DNA from: Bdellovibrionales bacterium
GTDB lineage: Bacteria > Bdellovibrionota > Bdellovibrionia > Bdellovibrionales > UBA1609
Assembly: GCA_027317865.1 (NCBI GenBank)
Contig: DAHVQG010000008.1
Span: 32,001-96,000, forward strand
Direction of reading: 5' to 3'
Length of the DNA stretch: 64,000 nucleotides
Shown here piece by piece: positions 1-8,796 of this stretch (the first letter of the stretch is position 1; every line of letters starts with the position of its first letter). Position numbers and translations under genes: made by a program. The notes under the pieces were generated by a model. It ran no database searches and was not told the DNA's origin. It saw nothing but the letters and a program-made list of their open reading frames with translations.

Positions 1-2
1 TA

Positions 3-611
3 TTGGCAGCAGGCGCTTTCGGATCGCCACAGCAGTCCTTGTTCATCTTTTTTGGATTCTTACCTTTTTTTGCAGCAATTGCGCTTTGGTCAAAGCGGAC
101 TGCTCAAGATATTTTTTCAACCCAACCTTTCGTAGCTTACTCCGCGCTCGGATTTATTTATGCCGCCTTAATTCCCGGAATTACTCTGCACCTGTTATTC
201 TCGCACCAAGGAGTGAAGTGGTTTTCTTTACTATTGATCGTGGTGTTTGTCGGTGACATTGCGGCCTACTTTGGCGGCTCAGTTTTAAAAGGCCCGAAAT
301 TAATGCCCCTTGTGTCCCCAAACAAAACCATCTCGGGTGCCATTTGCGGCCTTTGTGCTTCTTCAGGGGTGGGCGTATTTGCCATTCACTGGCTACATCT
401 ACCTGTCTCGATGATCGTCGCGTTTTTTATTTGCTTGACCGCAAATTTATTGGCTCAAAGCGGCGATCTTTTTGAATCGTTGTTGAAGCGGGTGAGTAAC
501 GTAAAGGATTCCGGTTATTTTCTCGCTGGTCATGGTGGCGTATTAGATCGACTCGATGGTGTTTATTTTGCGGCGCCCGTAATTCTTTGCGCCGCGCACT
601 GGTTTTCGTAA
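3..611 (+). CDS. cdsA: Phosphatidate cytidylyltransferase (5'-truncated by window edge)
   Basis: Hydrophobic ORF with CTP_transf_1 signature SPNKTxxG...GDLFESLLKR...KDSG..LAGHGGVLDRLD. Confidence 0.93.
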   Translation: MAAGAFGSPQQSLFIFFGFLPFFAAIALWSKRTAQDIFSTQPFVAYSALGFIYAALIPGITLHLLFSHQGVKWFSLLLIVVFVGDIAAYFGGSVLKGPKLMPLVSPNKTISGAICGLCASSGVGVFAIHWLHLPVSMIVAFFICLTANLLAQSGDLFESLLKRVSNVKDSGYFLAGHGGVLDRLDGVYFAAPVILCAAHWFS

Positions 612-634
612 AGAAACTTACTTAGAATACAAAA

Positions 635-2353
635 ATGGACGTTGTAATTCAATTTCTCCACCGGGTTCTGCTTGATGTGGGCCCATTTTGTTTGATGCTT
701 GGGCTTTTGATATTTGTTCACGAACTTGGTCACTATCTCGTGGCCGTACTAAGCGGCGTTCGAGTTGAAACATTTAGTCTTGGTTTCGGTCGCAAAATTT
801 TTTCGTTTAAACGCGGACCAACAACTTACAAAATCGCTATTATTCCGCTTGGCGGCTACGTCAAAATGTACGGCGATGATCCTTCGGCTGAAATACCCGA
901 AGCCGAACGCCGGTATGCATTTTTAAAAAAACCGCTATTGCCGCGAACCGCGATTGTTTTGGCCGGCCCACTCATGAACCTTATTTTTGCTGTGCTTCTT
1001 TTTATGGCGGTGGGGATGATCGGCCAAGAAGTTCCTGGTACGCAGCTTGGCGATATTGCGCCTCAAACCATGGCCTACGCGGCCGGTTTTCGCTCTGGCG
1101 ATCAAATCAAAAATATTAACGGCTCGCCCGTCTTTAAGTGGCAAGACGTGAAAAACGATATTGAATCGCACCCCGGCAAACAACTTCGCTTTGAAGTAAA
1201 GGGTGCGCATGACGGAAGTACGCGAATGGTGCTTGCGACACCTAAGCTTGAAAAAAACGGTTTTCTTTTTAGTTTTAAAAATCGCATCGGAAAAATAAAC
1301 GGACTAACGACAAATTCAGACTCCACGACGATCGGAGTGGCAAATCCAAATTCAATCGCGGCCAAAGCCGGCTTACACACTTTTGATATAATTGAAAAAA
1401 TCGATGGCAAGTCCGTAATGTTTTGGCGCGATCTTGGGCCATTACTTTTAAAAACGGCGCCGGGCCATAAAGTATGGAATTTGACTGTTCAGCCCTACAA
1501 TGGTCAAAGCGTGAATTCATCGCCCACTGAAGGGTCTTCGTCAGCAAAACTGATGACGATAAAACTTAAAATTCCCAGTGCCCTTTCTGCTCAACCCACG
1601 AAACTGCTAAAGCAACTCGGAATTGATCGCTCCGATATGTTTTTGTTAGCGGTAAAAAGGGGTTCGCCGGCGGCAAAGGCCGGCCTCAAAGTTGGCGATA
1701 AAATGGTCGCAATAAACCATCTTGAGCTTCAAAAATGGCAGCAGGTGCTAGAAGATGTTAAATCTTTTCGGCCGCAAGACAAAACCATGGCGTTTACAAT
1801 CTTGCGTAATGGTAAATTAATGCAGTTTAATATTACTCCGATGCTCGTGTCTTTGCCTACGGGGCAAGGAACAACTGCAAAACGTTACGCCGTCGGAGTG
1901 CTCCCTGCCGTAATCTATATAACCGGCAATGGATATTTAGAAAAATATAAGAACCCGGTGCGGGCCTTTGTATTTGGCGTAAAATCGGCCTACCACTGGA
2001 CAAAAATTATCGCCATAAGCTTTTTACGCCTTGTTCAAGATAAGGTTTCAGCGCGAAACTTAGGGAGCGTAATTTCAATTGGTCGAATTGCAACTCGATC
2101 TTACGAAGCCGGGCTCACTGCATTTTTAAGAATGATGTCCATTATTTCGATTGACCTCTTCTTGCTAAATCTTTTGCCCGTACCTGTTTTAGACGGCGGG
2201 CACCTTTTGTTTTTTGCAATCGAAGCAGTCAAAGGGGCGCCTTTAAGTTTGCGTAAAATGGAAATTGCTCAACAAGTCGGACTTGTCCTGCTTTTGAGTC
2301 TTATGATATTTGCCTTATTCAATGACATCAGCCACCTCATGTCTTCATGGTAA
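635..2353 (+). CDS. rseP: RIP metalloprotease RseP (M50, multiple PDZ domains)
   Basis: HELGH zinc motif, GGYVKM, AGPLMN, PDZ-like repeats (AAKAGL..GD), NLLPVPVLDGGH; follows cdsA. Confidence 0.95.
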   Translation: MDVVIQFLHRVLLDVGPFCLMLGLLIFVHELGHYLVAVLSGVRVETFSLGFGRKIFSFKRGPTTYKIAIIPLGGYVKMYGDDPSAEIPEAERRYAFLKKPLLPRTAIVLAGPLMNLIFAVLLFMAVGMIGQEVPGTQLGDIAPQTMAYAAGFRSGDQIKNINGSPVFKWQDVKNDIESHPGKQLRFEVKGAHDGSTRMVLATPKLEKNGFLFSFKNRIGKINGLTTNSDSTTIGVANPNSIAAKAGLHTFDIIEKIDGKSVMFWRDLGPLLLKTAPGHKVWNLTVQPYNGQSVNSSPTEGSSSAKLMTIKLKIPSALSAQPTKLLKQLGIDRSDMFLLAVKRGSPAAKAGLKVGDKMVAINHLELQKWQQVLEDVKSFRPQDKTMAFTILRNGKLMQFNITPMLVSLPTGQGTTAKRYAVGVLPAVIYITGNGYLEKYKNPVRAFVFGVKSAYHWTKIIAISFLRLVQDKVSARNLGSVISIGRIATRSYEAGLTAFLRMMSIISIDLFLLNLLPVPVLDGGHLLFFAIEAVKGAPLSLRKMEIAQQVGLVLLLSLMIFALFNDISHLMSSW

Positions 2354-3053
2354 AAGCGGTTTTACAATTGCGGTTGAGACTTCAACTGCGCTTGGTAGCC
2401 TTGCCCTATTCGATGGGTCTAATCTTATTGAACAAAAAACCTGGCACAAGAATGGCTCGCATAGCGAGTTTGTAACGGCTTCGTTTTCTGAAATTTTAGA
2501 TATGCAAAAAGTGGCACCCTCAGAAATCGCCCAAATCGCTGTCGGCCTTGGCCCCGGTAGTTTTACGGGAATTCGCGTGGCCGTAAATTTTGCCCGGACA
2601 CTCGGCTATGCATTATCAGTTCCAATTATAGGCCAAAATTCGCTTGAGCTTTTGGCGTACCAACAGGGCCTCCGGGAATTTGAACAACCAATATTTGTTT
2701 TACAATATGGGTTTCGAGATATTTTTTACGGCGCACAATACAAATACGAAACTGACTCTACAGGCCAAGCTTATTTGCGTGAAATTGAAAAACCATTTGC
2801 CGTATTGGCTTCAGAAGTCCCGAAATGGATTCCTAAAGGGGCCCGAGTCATTGGTCGAGGGATGGAGCATATTGAGACTTCTGACCGGTGGGACATTAAT
2901 ACAAACGATAAACGAGACCCTGAAGCCGCTTTTTTTTCCGGGACTTTGGTCAGAAACACAACGAATTTGTCACTAAGTAATTGGATTCACACAATTCCTC
3001 TTTATATTCGCGCATCCGAAGCCGAAGAGAAAATGCGGTCATCCGCATTTTAA
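2310..3053 (+). CDS. tsaB: tRNA threonylcarbamoyladenosine biosynthesis protein TsaB (start uncertain)
   Basis: AVETST, HSE, IAVGLGPGSFTGIRV and C-terminal PLYIRASEAE motifs. Confidence 0.92.
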   Translation: MPYSMTSATSCLHGKSGFTIAVETSTALGSLALFDGSNLIEQKTWHKNGSHSEFVTASFSEILDMQKVAPSEIAQIAVGLGPGSFTGIRVAVNFARTLGYALSVPIIGQNSLELLAYQQGLREFEQPIFVLQYGFRDIFYGAQYKYETDSTGQAYLREIEKPFAVLASEVPKWIPKGARVIGRGMEHIETSDRWDINTNDKRDPEAAFFSGTLVRNTTNLSLSNWIHTIPLYIRASEAEEKMRSSAF

Positions 3054-3054
3054 T

Positions 3055-4038
3055 TTGAGGCTTTTATTGAATAACGTAGTGCAAATTGCTGATTTTAAAA
3101 ATTCCGTGCGTGGCGCCGGTTCACCTGCGTCGATTTTAATTGCCGTCGGCGGTGGCAAGGGCGGTGTCGGTAAAAGCTTCTTGAGTACGAACATCGGAAT
3201 CTTTCTCGCCAACATGGGTTTTAACACGATTATTGTTGATTGTGACCTCGGCGCACCTAACGTGCACACTTGTCTTGGCGAGCCCCCGCCAAAAAATAAC
3301 TTTCACGAATTTCTGTCGGGCAAAATGGATTCTATTGTTGAAGCCGCTGTTGCGACACAATTCCCAAAGCTCAGATTTATTTCAGGCAGCAATGATCACG
3401 GCGAACTCGCCAATATCTCGATACAAGATCAAAGCCGGCTCATGTCGGCGATTTACAACGTTGAAGCCGATTTTACGATTTTAGACCTAAGCGCTGGAAC
3501 CCACACCTCAACCCTTGATTTTTTTCTTATGGCACAAAGGCATCTCATTACGTTAACCCCAGATCCAACCAGCATTGAAAACGCTTACCGCTTTATGAAA
3601 GCCGCATTTTTTCGAAAAATTAAACGCTTTGAGCGCCAGCTTGGCCTGGAAAATCTTGTCGCCTCGCTTATGACTCAACCAGAACAAAATGCCATTCGCG
3701 TACCGGCAGATCTAATGCGCGAAATATTAAAAAAAGAGCCCGAACAAGGAAGCGAACTCGCTGGTTTCATGGATCAGCTGCAATTTGAGCTCGTAATTAA
3801 TCAAATTCGAAGCACAAAAGACATTAAACTCGCGCATTCCGTTTCTACCGTTTCAAAAAAATATTTTGGCTTAGGAGCGAATGTTTTAGGACATCTCGAC
3901 TACGACAACGCCGTGTGGCACGCCTTGAGAAAAAGGCGGCCTCTGATTCTTGAATTTCCACATAGCCCGCTTTACGCACAAATTTTGGCTATAGCTCGCG
4001 ACTTAGCAAGTCCACACATAAAAAAAGCTGTGATATGA
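3055..4038 (+). CDS. MinD/FlhG(FleN)-like P-loop ATPase with internal helical insertion
   Basis: Deviant Walker A GGKGGVGKS, DCDLGAPN, LDLSAG, TPDPTSIENAY; no flhF adjacent. Confidence 0.85.
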   Translation: MRLLLNNVVQIADFKNSVRGAGSPASILIAVGGGKGGVGKSFLSTNIGIFLANMGFNTIIVDCDLGAPNVHTCLGEPPPKNNFHEFLSGKMDSIVEAAVATQFPKLRFISGSNDHGELANISIQDQSRLMSAIYNVEADFTILDLSAGTHTSTLDFFLMAQRHLITLTPDPTSIENAYRFMKAAFFRKIKRFERQLGLENLVASLMTQPEQNAIRVPADLMREILKKEPEQGSELAGFMDQLQFELVINQIRSTKDIKLAHSVSTVSKKYFGLGANVLGHLDYDNAVWHALRKRRPLILEFPHSPLYAQILAIARDLASPHIKKAVI

Positions 4039-4070
4039 TCGGTTGAAACCACGAGGATACGCGCTAACTT

Positions 4071-4748
4071 ATGACTTCCAAACCGTTCGATCAGAACTTT
4101 TATGATTTACTCGAAGTGCCCCGTACGGCTGCACATCATGAAATTGTTGAGGCCTATCAGCGCGCTAAAGAAGCTTATGCGCCTGACAGTCCGGCCCTTT
4201 ATACAATGTTTTCAAAAGAAGAAGCCGCCGAATTGCGCCGCCTCGTCGAAGAGGCTTTTATGGTCCTTGGTAATCAGACAAAACGCCGCGAGTACGATAA
4301 TATACTTTTGGCACGAGAGAATAAATTTGAAGGCACCGCTACAGTACAAAGCCCACAAGCCAGCCGTGATAAAGTAACTCAGCCCTCGTCGGCTATACCG
4401 GCGCCGGCAGGCACAAGCGGGCCACTCCCCGATGGATTTGCCCGAAGCCGCCTGAGTGTTTATGAGGTCCGCCCTGAAATCGAGAATGAAATTGCACAAC
4501 AAAAGTCATTTGACGGCGCATTTTTGCGTAAAGTTCGCCAATATAAGGGAATTCATATCGATCAACTGAGCAAAGAAACGCGAATCAGTCGAAGTTACCT
4601 CGTAGCAATTGAGGCGGAAGATTATGAGGGCCTTCCGGCTCCCGTTTTTGTTCGCGGTTTTCTAGTGCAAATTGCGCGAACACTTGCACTAAATGAAAAT
4701 CTGGTGGCCAATTCGTACATGTCACGCTTTCACAATTCAAAAAGTTGA
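4071..4748 (+). CDS. J-domain-like N-terminus (HPD replaced by APD) plus C-terminal RodZ/HTH_25-type helix-turn-helix
   Basis: NFYDLLEV...AYQRAKEAYAPD...AFMVL...KRREYD; C-terminal LRKVRQYKGIHIDQLSKETRISRSYLVAIEAEDYEGLPAPVFVRGFL. Confidence 0.8.
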   Translation: MTSKPFDQNFYDLLEVPRTAAHHEIVEAYQRAKEAYAPDSPALYTMFSKEEAAELRRLVEEAFMVLGNQTKRREYDNILLARENKFEGTATVQSPQASRDKVTQPSSAIPAPAGTSGPLPDGFARSRLSVYEVRPEIENEIAQQKSFDGAFLRKVRQYKGIHIDQLSKETRISRSYLVAIEAEDYEGLPAPVFVRGFLVQIARTLALNENLVANSYMSRFHNSKS

Positions 4749-5725
4749 ATCAACCAAAATTTGTCACATTCATATTTACCGCTGCAACAACCGGAGAACG
4801 GCTCGACAAAGCGCTTTCCGCTGCCCCGCAAATCATGAGCCGCTCGCAAGCGACAAGCTTAATCGATCGCGGATTTGTGACGCGCAATAATCAACCGGTC
4901 AAGCCCGCGCATAAAACGACAACTGGCGAAACGTTTCAGGTGTGTATCCCGCTTGAAGAGCCCGTTGAAATTACACCATTTGCTTTGAAACTAAATATTA
5001 TTTTTGAAGATACTGACGTCCTTGTCGTAAATAAGCCCTCCGGTCTTGTCGTACATCCGGCAGCCGGACACCGCGAAAATACCCTCGTCAATGCGCTTGT
5101 TCACCATACAAATAATCTTGCTGGAGGATTTCACAAAACTCGCCCCGGAATCGTCCACCGAATCGATAAAGACACGAGCGGACTACTCGTCGTTGCGAAG
5201 AGCGATATCGCCCTACGAAGTTTAGCAAAACAATTTAAAAATAAGACGACCCATCGCGTGTATTGGGCTGTGGTCTATGGCTTATTAAGAAATCCGAGCG
5301 GTAGCATTACAAGTTATATCCGCCGTCACCCGGTTGATCGAAAAAAATTCGCTTCAGAAAAATTACAGGGCGTAACCGCTCCGACGGGTAAGCTCGCTAT
5401 CACCCATTATGATGTTAAAAAAGCGAACCAAGTCGGGCTTTCGTTAATTCATTGTAAGCTTGAAACAGGGCGTACCCATCAAATTCGTGTGCATCTATCC
5501 GAACTTGGTCATCCGATTGTTGCTGATCCAATATACTCCACAACCCATCGTATTCGCTCGTTTAAATCCGTTCATATGCGCCAACAAGTTGAAAATGTCC
5601 CTCACCTCATGCTTCATGCGGCAGAACTTGGATTTACCCATCCAACAACGGGTAAGCGGCTTCAATTTTCACAACCCTGGCCAGATGAGCTGCTGCCCTT
5701 CTTGCAGGAATTGCAGTTTGTATGA
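4745..5725 (+). CDS. rluD: 23S rRNA pseudouridine synthase RluD (RluA family with S4 domain)
   Basis: S4 (RLDKAL..SRSQ), NKPSGLVVHP, HRIDKDTSG catalytic motif, LETGRTHQIRVH. Confidence 0.93.
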   Translation: MNQPKFVTFIFTAATTGERLDKALSAAPQIMSRSQATSLIDRGFVTRNNQPVKPAHKTTTGETFQVCIPLEEPVEITPFALKLNIIFEDTDVLVVNKPSGLVVHPAAGHRENTLVNALVHHTNNLAGGFHKTRPGIVHRIDKDTSGLLVVAKSDIALRSLAKQFKNKTTHRVYWAVVYGLLRNPSGSITSYIRRHPVDRKKFASEKLQGVTAPTGKLAITHYDVKKANQVGLSLIHCKLETGRTHQIRVHLSELGHPIVADPIYSTTHRIRSFKSVHMRQQVENVPHLMLHAAELGFTHPTTGKRLQFSQPWPDELLPFLQELQFV

Positions 5726-6447
5726 GTCGCGACGTTAGTGATTCATTTTTGCCGGTAAAATGGCGCGGCAATTGCGTAGGATATAGCCTTCAGCTCAACG
5801 GCATTCTTTTTTTCTTCGGAAACCGCCATGTAAACGAAAATTGTCTTAGTGAGATATACCCGCAATTGAGCTGGTGTCGGATGAGGCAAATGCATAGTAA
5901 TGTTGTCACAAAGGTTTCACCTCCGGTTTTTGCTGATCCAACGGCTGATGCGATTTGGACCAATGCGAAAAATTTGGGCCTAATCGTTTCAACAGCCGAT
6001 TGTTTACCAATTCTGATTGCTACTCAAAGTGGCATCGCTGCAATTCATGCGGGATGGAGGGGTGTGTTAAGCGGCATCACTTCTCGAACTCTTCAGGAAC
6101 TTTATGAAGATTCGGATAACAGTAAAAAATTTGGAGCTGCGCTTATTGGCCCGCACATTGAGCAGACTAGTTTTGATTTTAGTCGATCAGACGCGCAGCC
6201 ATTTTTTGATCTCGCTCTCCGTCTTAAATTAAATTCGGATCTTGTTGTTGCTAACGGGAACGCAAACTCGACCAAGGTGAGGGTCGCGCTTCGCTCCTTC
6301 GTTCATGCCCAAATCACACAAACCGGTTACATTAGCGCGCAAGATATTTTGGAGTTGCCGATCAACACCTTTACGGCCCCCGAATTCCATTCCTACCGCC
6401 GAGAAAAAGAGCCCGGCCGCAATCTCAGTTTTGTTGCTCGACTATAA
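5722..6447 (+). CDS. pgeF: PgeF/YfiH family (peptidoglycan editing factor / purine nucleoside phosphorylase-like)
   Basis: QMHS, TADCLPIL, IHAGWRG, IGPHI, SYRRE motifs; classic rluD-pgeF linkage. Confidence 0.88.
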   Translation: MSRDVSDSFLPVKWRGNCVGYSLQLNGILFFFGNRHVNENCLSEIYPQLSWCRMRQMHSNVVTKVSPPVFADPTADAIWTNAKNLGLIVSTADCLPILIATQSGIAAIHAGWRGVLSGITSRTLQELYEDSDNSKKFGAALIGPHIEQTSFDFSRSDAQPFFDLALRLKLNSDLVVANGNANSTKVRVALRSFVHAQITQTGYISAQDILELPINTFTAPEFHSYRREKEPGRNLSFVARL

Positions 6448-6466
6448 AACTTGGTGCGACTAGACT
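6438..6466 (+). promoter_or_regulatory. Putative sigma70 promoter, 8 nt before the ATG at 6475
   Basis: TCGACT-N17-TAGACT; no Shine-Dalgarno before the ATG. Confidence 0.45.
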
Positions 6467-6474
6467 GATAAATA

Positions 6475-6951
6475 ATGGAACTCAGTGCAACCAATGGCCA
6501 TCGCCACCTCAACTACTTAGCAACCGGTTCATTGCTGCTTCTTTTTTTATTGTCGTCTATTCTGTATTTTAGCTCCTCTATGCGTAAGCCATTGCGGCAA
6601 TTTTTTGCACCTCCTCGGAGAAAAATTTTATCCGTAGCAGTTGGCCCCGTGATGCCGGGAATTAATGCAAAAGTGTTAAAGGTAAAAACGCCAAATGGAA
6701 TATATCTTGAGATTTACGGCCCTGTTGCGAAGGGCGTAGCGCCATTGATTCAAAAGATTAAACTGCCTGATGACCAGGACGCCTTATTTCAATTTCAAGG
6801 TCGCGCAACTGATCTGGCTCTGGAGGACCTCAATAATGACGGAATGTTCGATATCATCGCGCCAACGTATGACCGCTCACTCATGCCCCACCTCAATATT
6901 TATCAATATGATAAAAACACCAAGGTTTTCACGCCTTACGAGAGACAATAA
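6475..6951 (+). CDS. Hypothetical membrane-anchored exported protein with a DxNxDG Ca-binding-like loop
   Basis: N-terminal TM helix; DLNNDGMFDII resembles an FG-GAP/VCBS-type loop. Confidence 0.7.
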   Translation: MELSATNGHRHLNYLATGSLLLLFLLSSILYFSSSMRKPLRQFFAPPRRKILSVAVGPVMPGINAKVLKVKTPNGIYLEIYGPVAKGVAPLIQKIKLPDDQDALFQFQGRATDLALEDLNNDGMFDIIAPTYDRSLMPHLNIYQYDKNTKVFTPYERQ

Positions 6952-6954
6952 AAT

Positions 6955-6997
6955 TTGACATGATGCGGCGCGCGTGCTAAAAGCTGCTCTCTAGGAG
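6955..6997 (+). promoter_or_regulatory. Putative sigma70 promoter and RBS for the lipoprotein gene at 7007
   Basis: TTGACA-N17-TAAAAG with TGn extension; AGGAG at 6993-6997. Confidence 0.6.
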
Positions 6998-7006
6998 TCC
7001 CTTCAA

Positions 7007-7717
7007 GTGCGACTAAGAATTTGCGTTTTATTGTTAGCGTTTTTGGGTGTTACAGGAATGATCAGCTGTACTCAAAGTTATATTCCTGGGACCTATAACA
7101 GCTATTGCCCCGCCACAAACCCACAACCCGGAAAACTGCAAACTGCGGGGATTAAATTATTGCCTAAACAATCCATCGAGCTTCGCGCCGGAACCCATTT
7201 TACTCCGCAACCAGCTACTTACGTGTTTCAGTCGGCTACCGTTTATTACAATGATAAATATAATGACTTTCATCTCTATTTTAATATTCAAAAAAATGCT
7301 GCTGGCAAATATACCGCGACTCTCAACTGCGACAGCGGTGGCGGGCTTTCGCCAAACCAGAAATCATTTACTTCGATTCCAATTTCATTTGTTTCAAGCA
7401 TAAATTATTCAAAGGGTGGCGGCCTGCTTATTAAACGTCACCAATTGACCTTTACGTTCGGCAAACCGAAAAATCCTTCCGATTACTATTTACGTGACAT
7501 CAATGTAACTCCGCCCGGCCCCGCCCCTTTGACTTCGAGTGATCCAACAAACACATATGTTGGCTTTGCCAATGTTGTTCAAGAGTTTGCCCAAGTCGCC
7601 CCCGCTTCAAGCGGGAGTTTTATCCTTTGGTCCGAAGCACAGGCGCCAGCACGCGGTCAGGGGCCAAATGGAACCGGTTTAGATATTCGCGTTCTAGTCA
7701 ATTTAGTGCGCCGCTGA
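7007..7717 (+). CDS. Hypothetical lipoprotein (Pro/Gly/Ser/Thr-rich, likely beta-rich)
   Basis: Basic N-terminus, hydrophobic core, lipobox-like MIS-C21; own promoter and RBS. Confidence 0.7.
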   Translation: MRLRICVLLLAFLGVTGMISCTQSYIPGTYNSYCPATNPQPGKLQTAGIKLLPKQSIELRAGTHFTPQPATYVFQSATVYYNDKYNDFHLYFNIQKNAAGKYTATLNCDSGGGLSPNQKSFTSIPISFVSSINYSKGGGLLIKRHQLTFTFGKPKNPSDYYLRDINVTPPGPAPLTSSDPTNTYVGFANVVQEFAQVAPASSGSFILWSEAQAPARGQGPNGTGLDIRVLVNLVRR

Positions 7718-8788
7718 TTTGCCGCCATTATTGCGTTCGCGCATTAGTTTTTTAGATAACTCGCGCCAAGATTTACCCGCTCGCGCCGCCGGATTGAGTT
7801 GGTACATGCGAACGTATCGCTCTTGCTCCCTATATGTTTTTGAAAACACGTGAGTTCCATTGTTGCGGCTCACAAAATATAAATATTGCGTTCTTGCCGG
7901 ATTGACCGCAGCCCAAAGTGCCGCCTTGCCCGGATTGGCAATTGGGCCGGGCGGTAAAGCGGGAATTCGATAGGTGTTGTACGCCGTCTTTTCAGCGATA
8001 TCCGCTCTTGTTATGTCGAATGGTTGCCTTCCGGTTTTTAACCATAACCCATAAATAATCGTCGGATCTGATTGTAGGCGCATCCCAATTTTTAGTCGAT
8101 TATGAAATACAGATGAAATGATTGTCCGCTCTTTAGGGTCTCCGGTTTCTTTTTCAATCATGCTGGCAAGAATCACTTGATCGCGCTCACTCATTCTTGT
8201 GCTTTCATGCTGATCAATTTGCCTGATCGTTTGTTCAAAATGTGAATACATTTCGCGCACCAGAACCGATATCGGCGTATATTTTGTTATTAAATAAGTG
8301 TCAGGAAATAAGTAGCCTTCCATCGAGGGCCAGTTATGCCCTGTGATCCTGCGCACATTGGCGCGATTGGTTACAAATTGGAGAAATTCATCTCCACGTC
8401 GTGGCCATAGTTTGTTCAGTGCCTCTCGAATTTCAAAAATATTGTCACCCTCGGGCACGACAAGCGAATAGCGAATACTTTCGCCGGAAGTTATGACGTC
8501 AAGAACTTGGCGCGGGGTCATGTCCTTATACAGCTGGTATTGCCCAACTTTTATGCGCTTTGCATCTCCAGTAAATTTCGCATACCAGGTAAACTCTTTG
8601 GCGTTTTCAACAAGACCATCCTTGTTTAGTGAACTTGCCACGGCCGCCAACGGCTGACCCGGTAAGACTTCAAAAACAACTTGCGAATGGGCGTTTGAGC
8701 AGGGTTGTGACGCGAATTCATGTATTAACCAAAATAGTCCTATCACAACCAGTAGCGCGACAATTAGTATGGCAACGACTTTTTTCAC
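7703..8788 (-). CDS. mltG: Endolytic transglycosylase MltG (YceG)
   Basis: N-terminal TM; EGYLFPDTY, LASMIEKET, VFHNRL, LQSDPT, YNTY...LPPGPIANPG, YLYFV. Confidence 0.95.
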   Translation of the reverse strand: MKKVVAILIVALLVVIGLFWLIHEFASQPCSNAHSQVVFEVLPGQPLAAVASSLNKDGLVENAKEFTWYAKFTGDAKRIKVGQYQLYKDMTPRQVLDVITSGESIRYSLVVPEGDNIFEIREALNKLWPRRGDEFLQFVTNRANVRRITGHNWPSMEGYLFPDTYLITKYTPISVLVREMYSHFEQTIRQIDQHESTRMSERDQVILASMIEKETGDPKERTIISSVFHNRLKIGMRLQSDPTIIYGLWLKTGRQPFDITRADIAEKTAYNTYRIPALPPGPIANPGKAALWAAVNPARTQYLYFVSRNNGTHVFSKTYREQERYVRMYQLNPAARAGKSWRELSKKLMRERNNGGKSAAH

Positions 8789-8796
8789 CGCACGCC

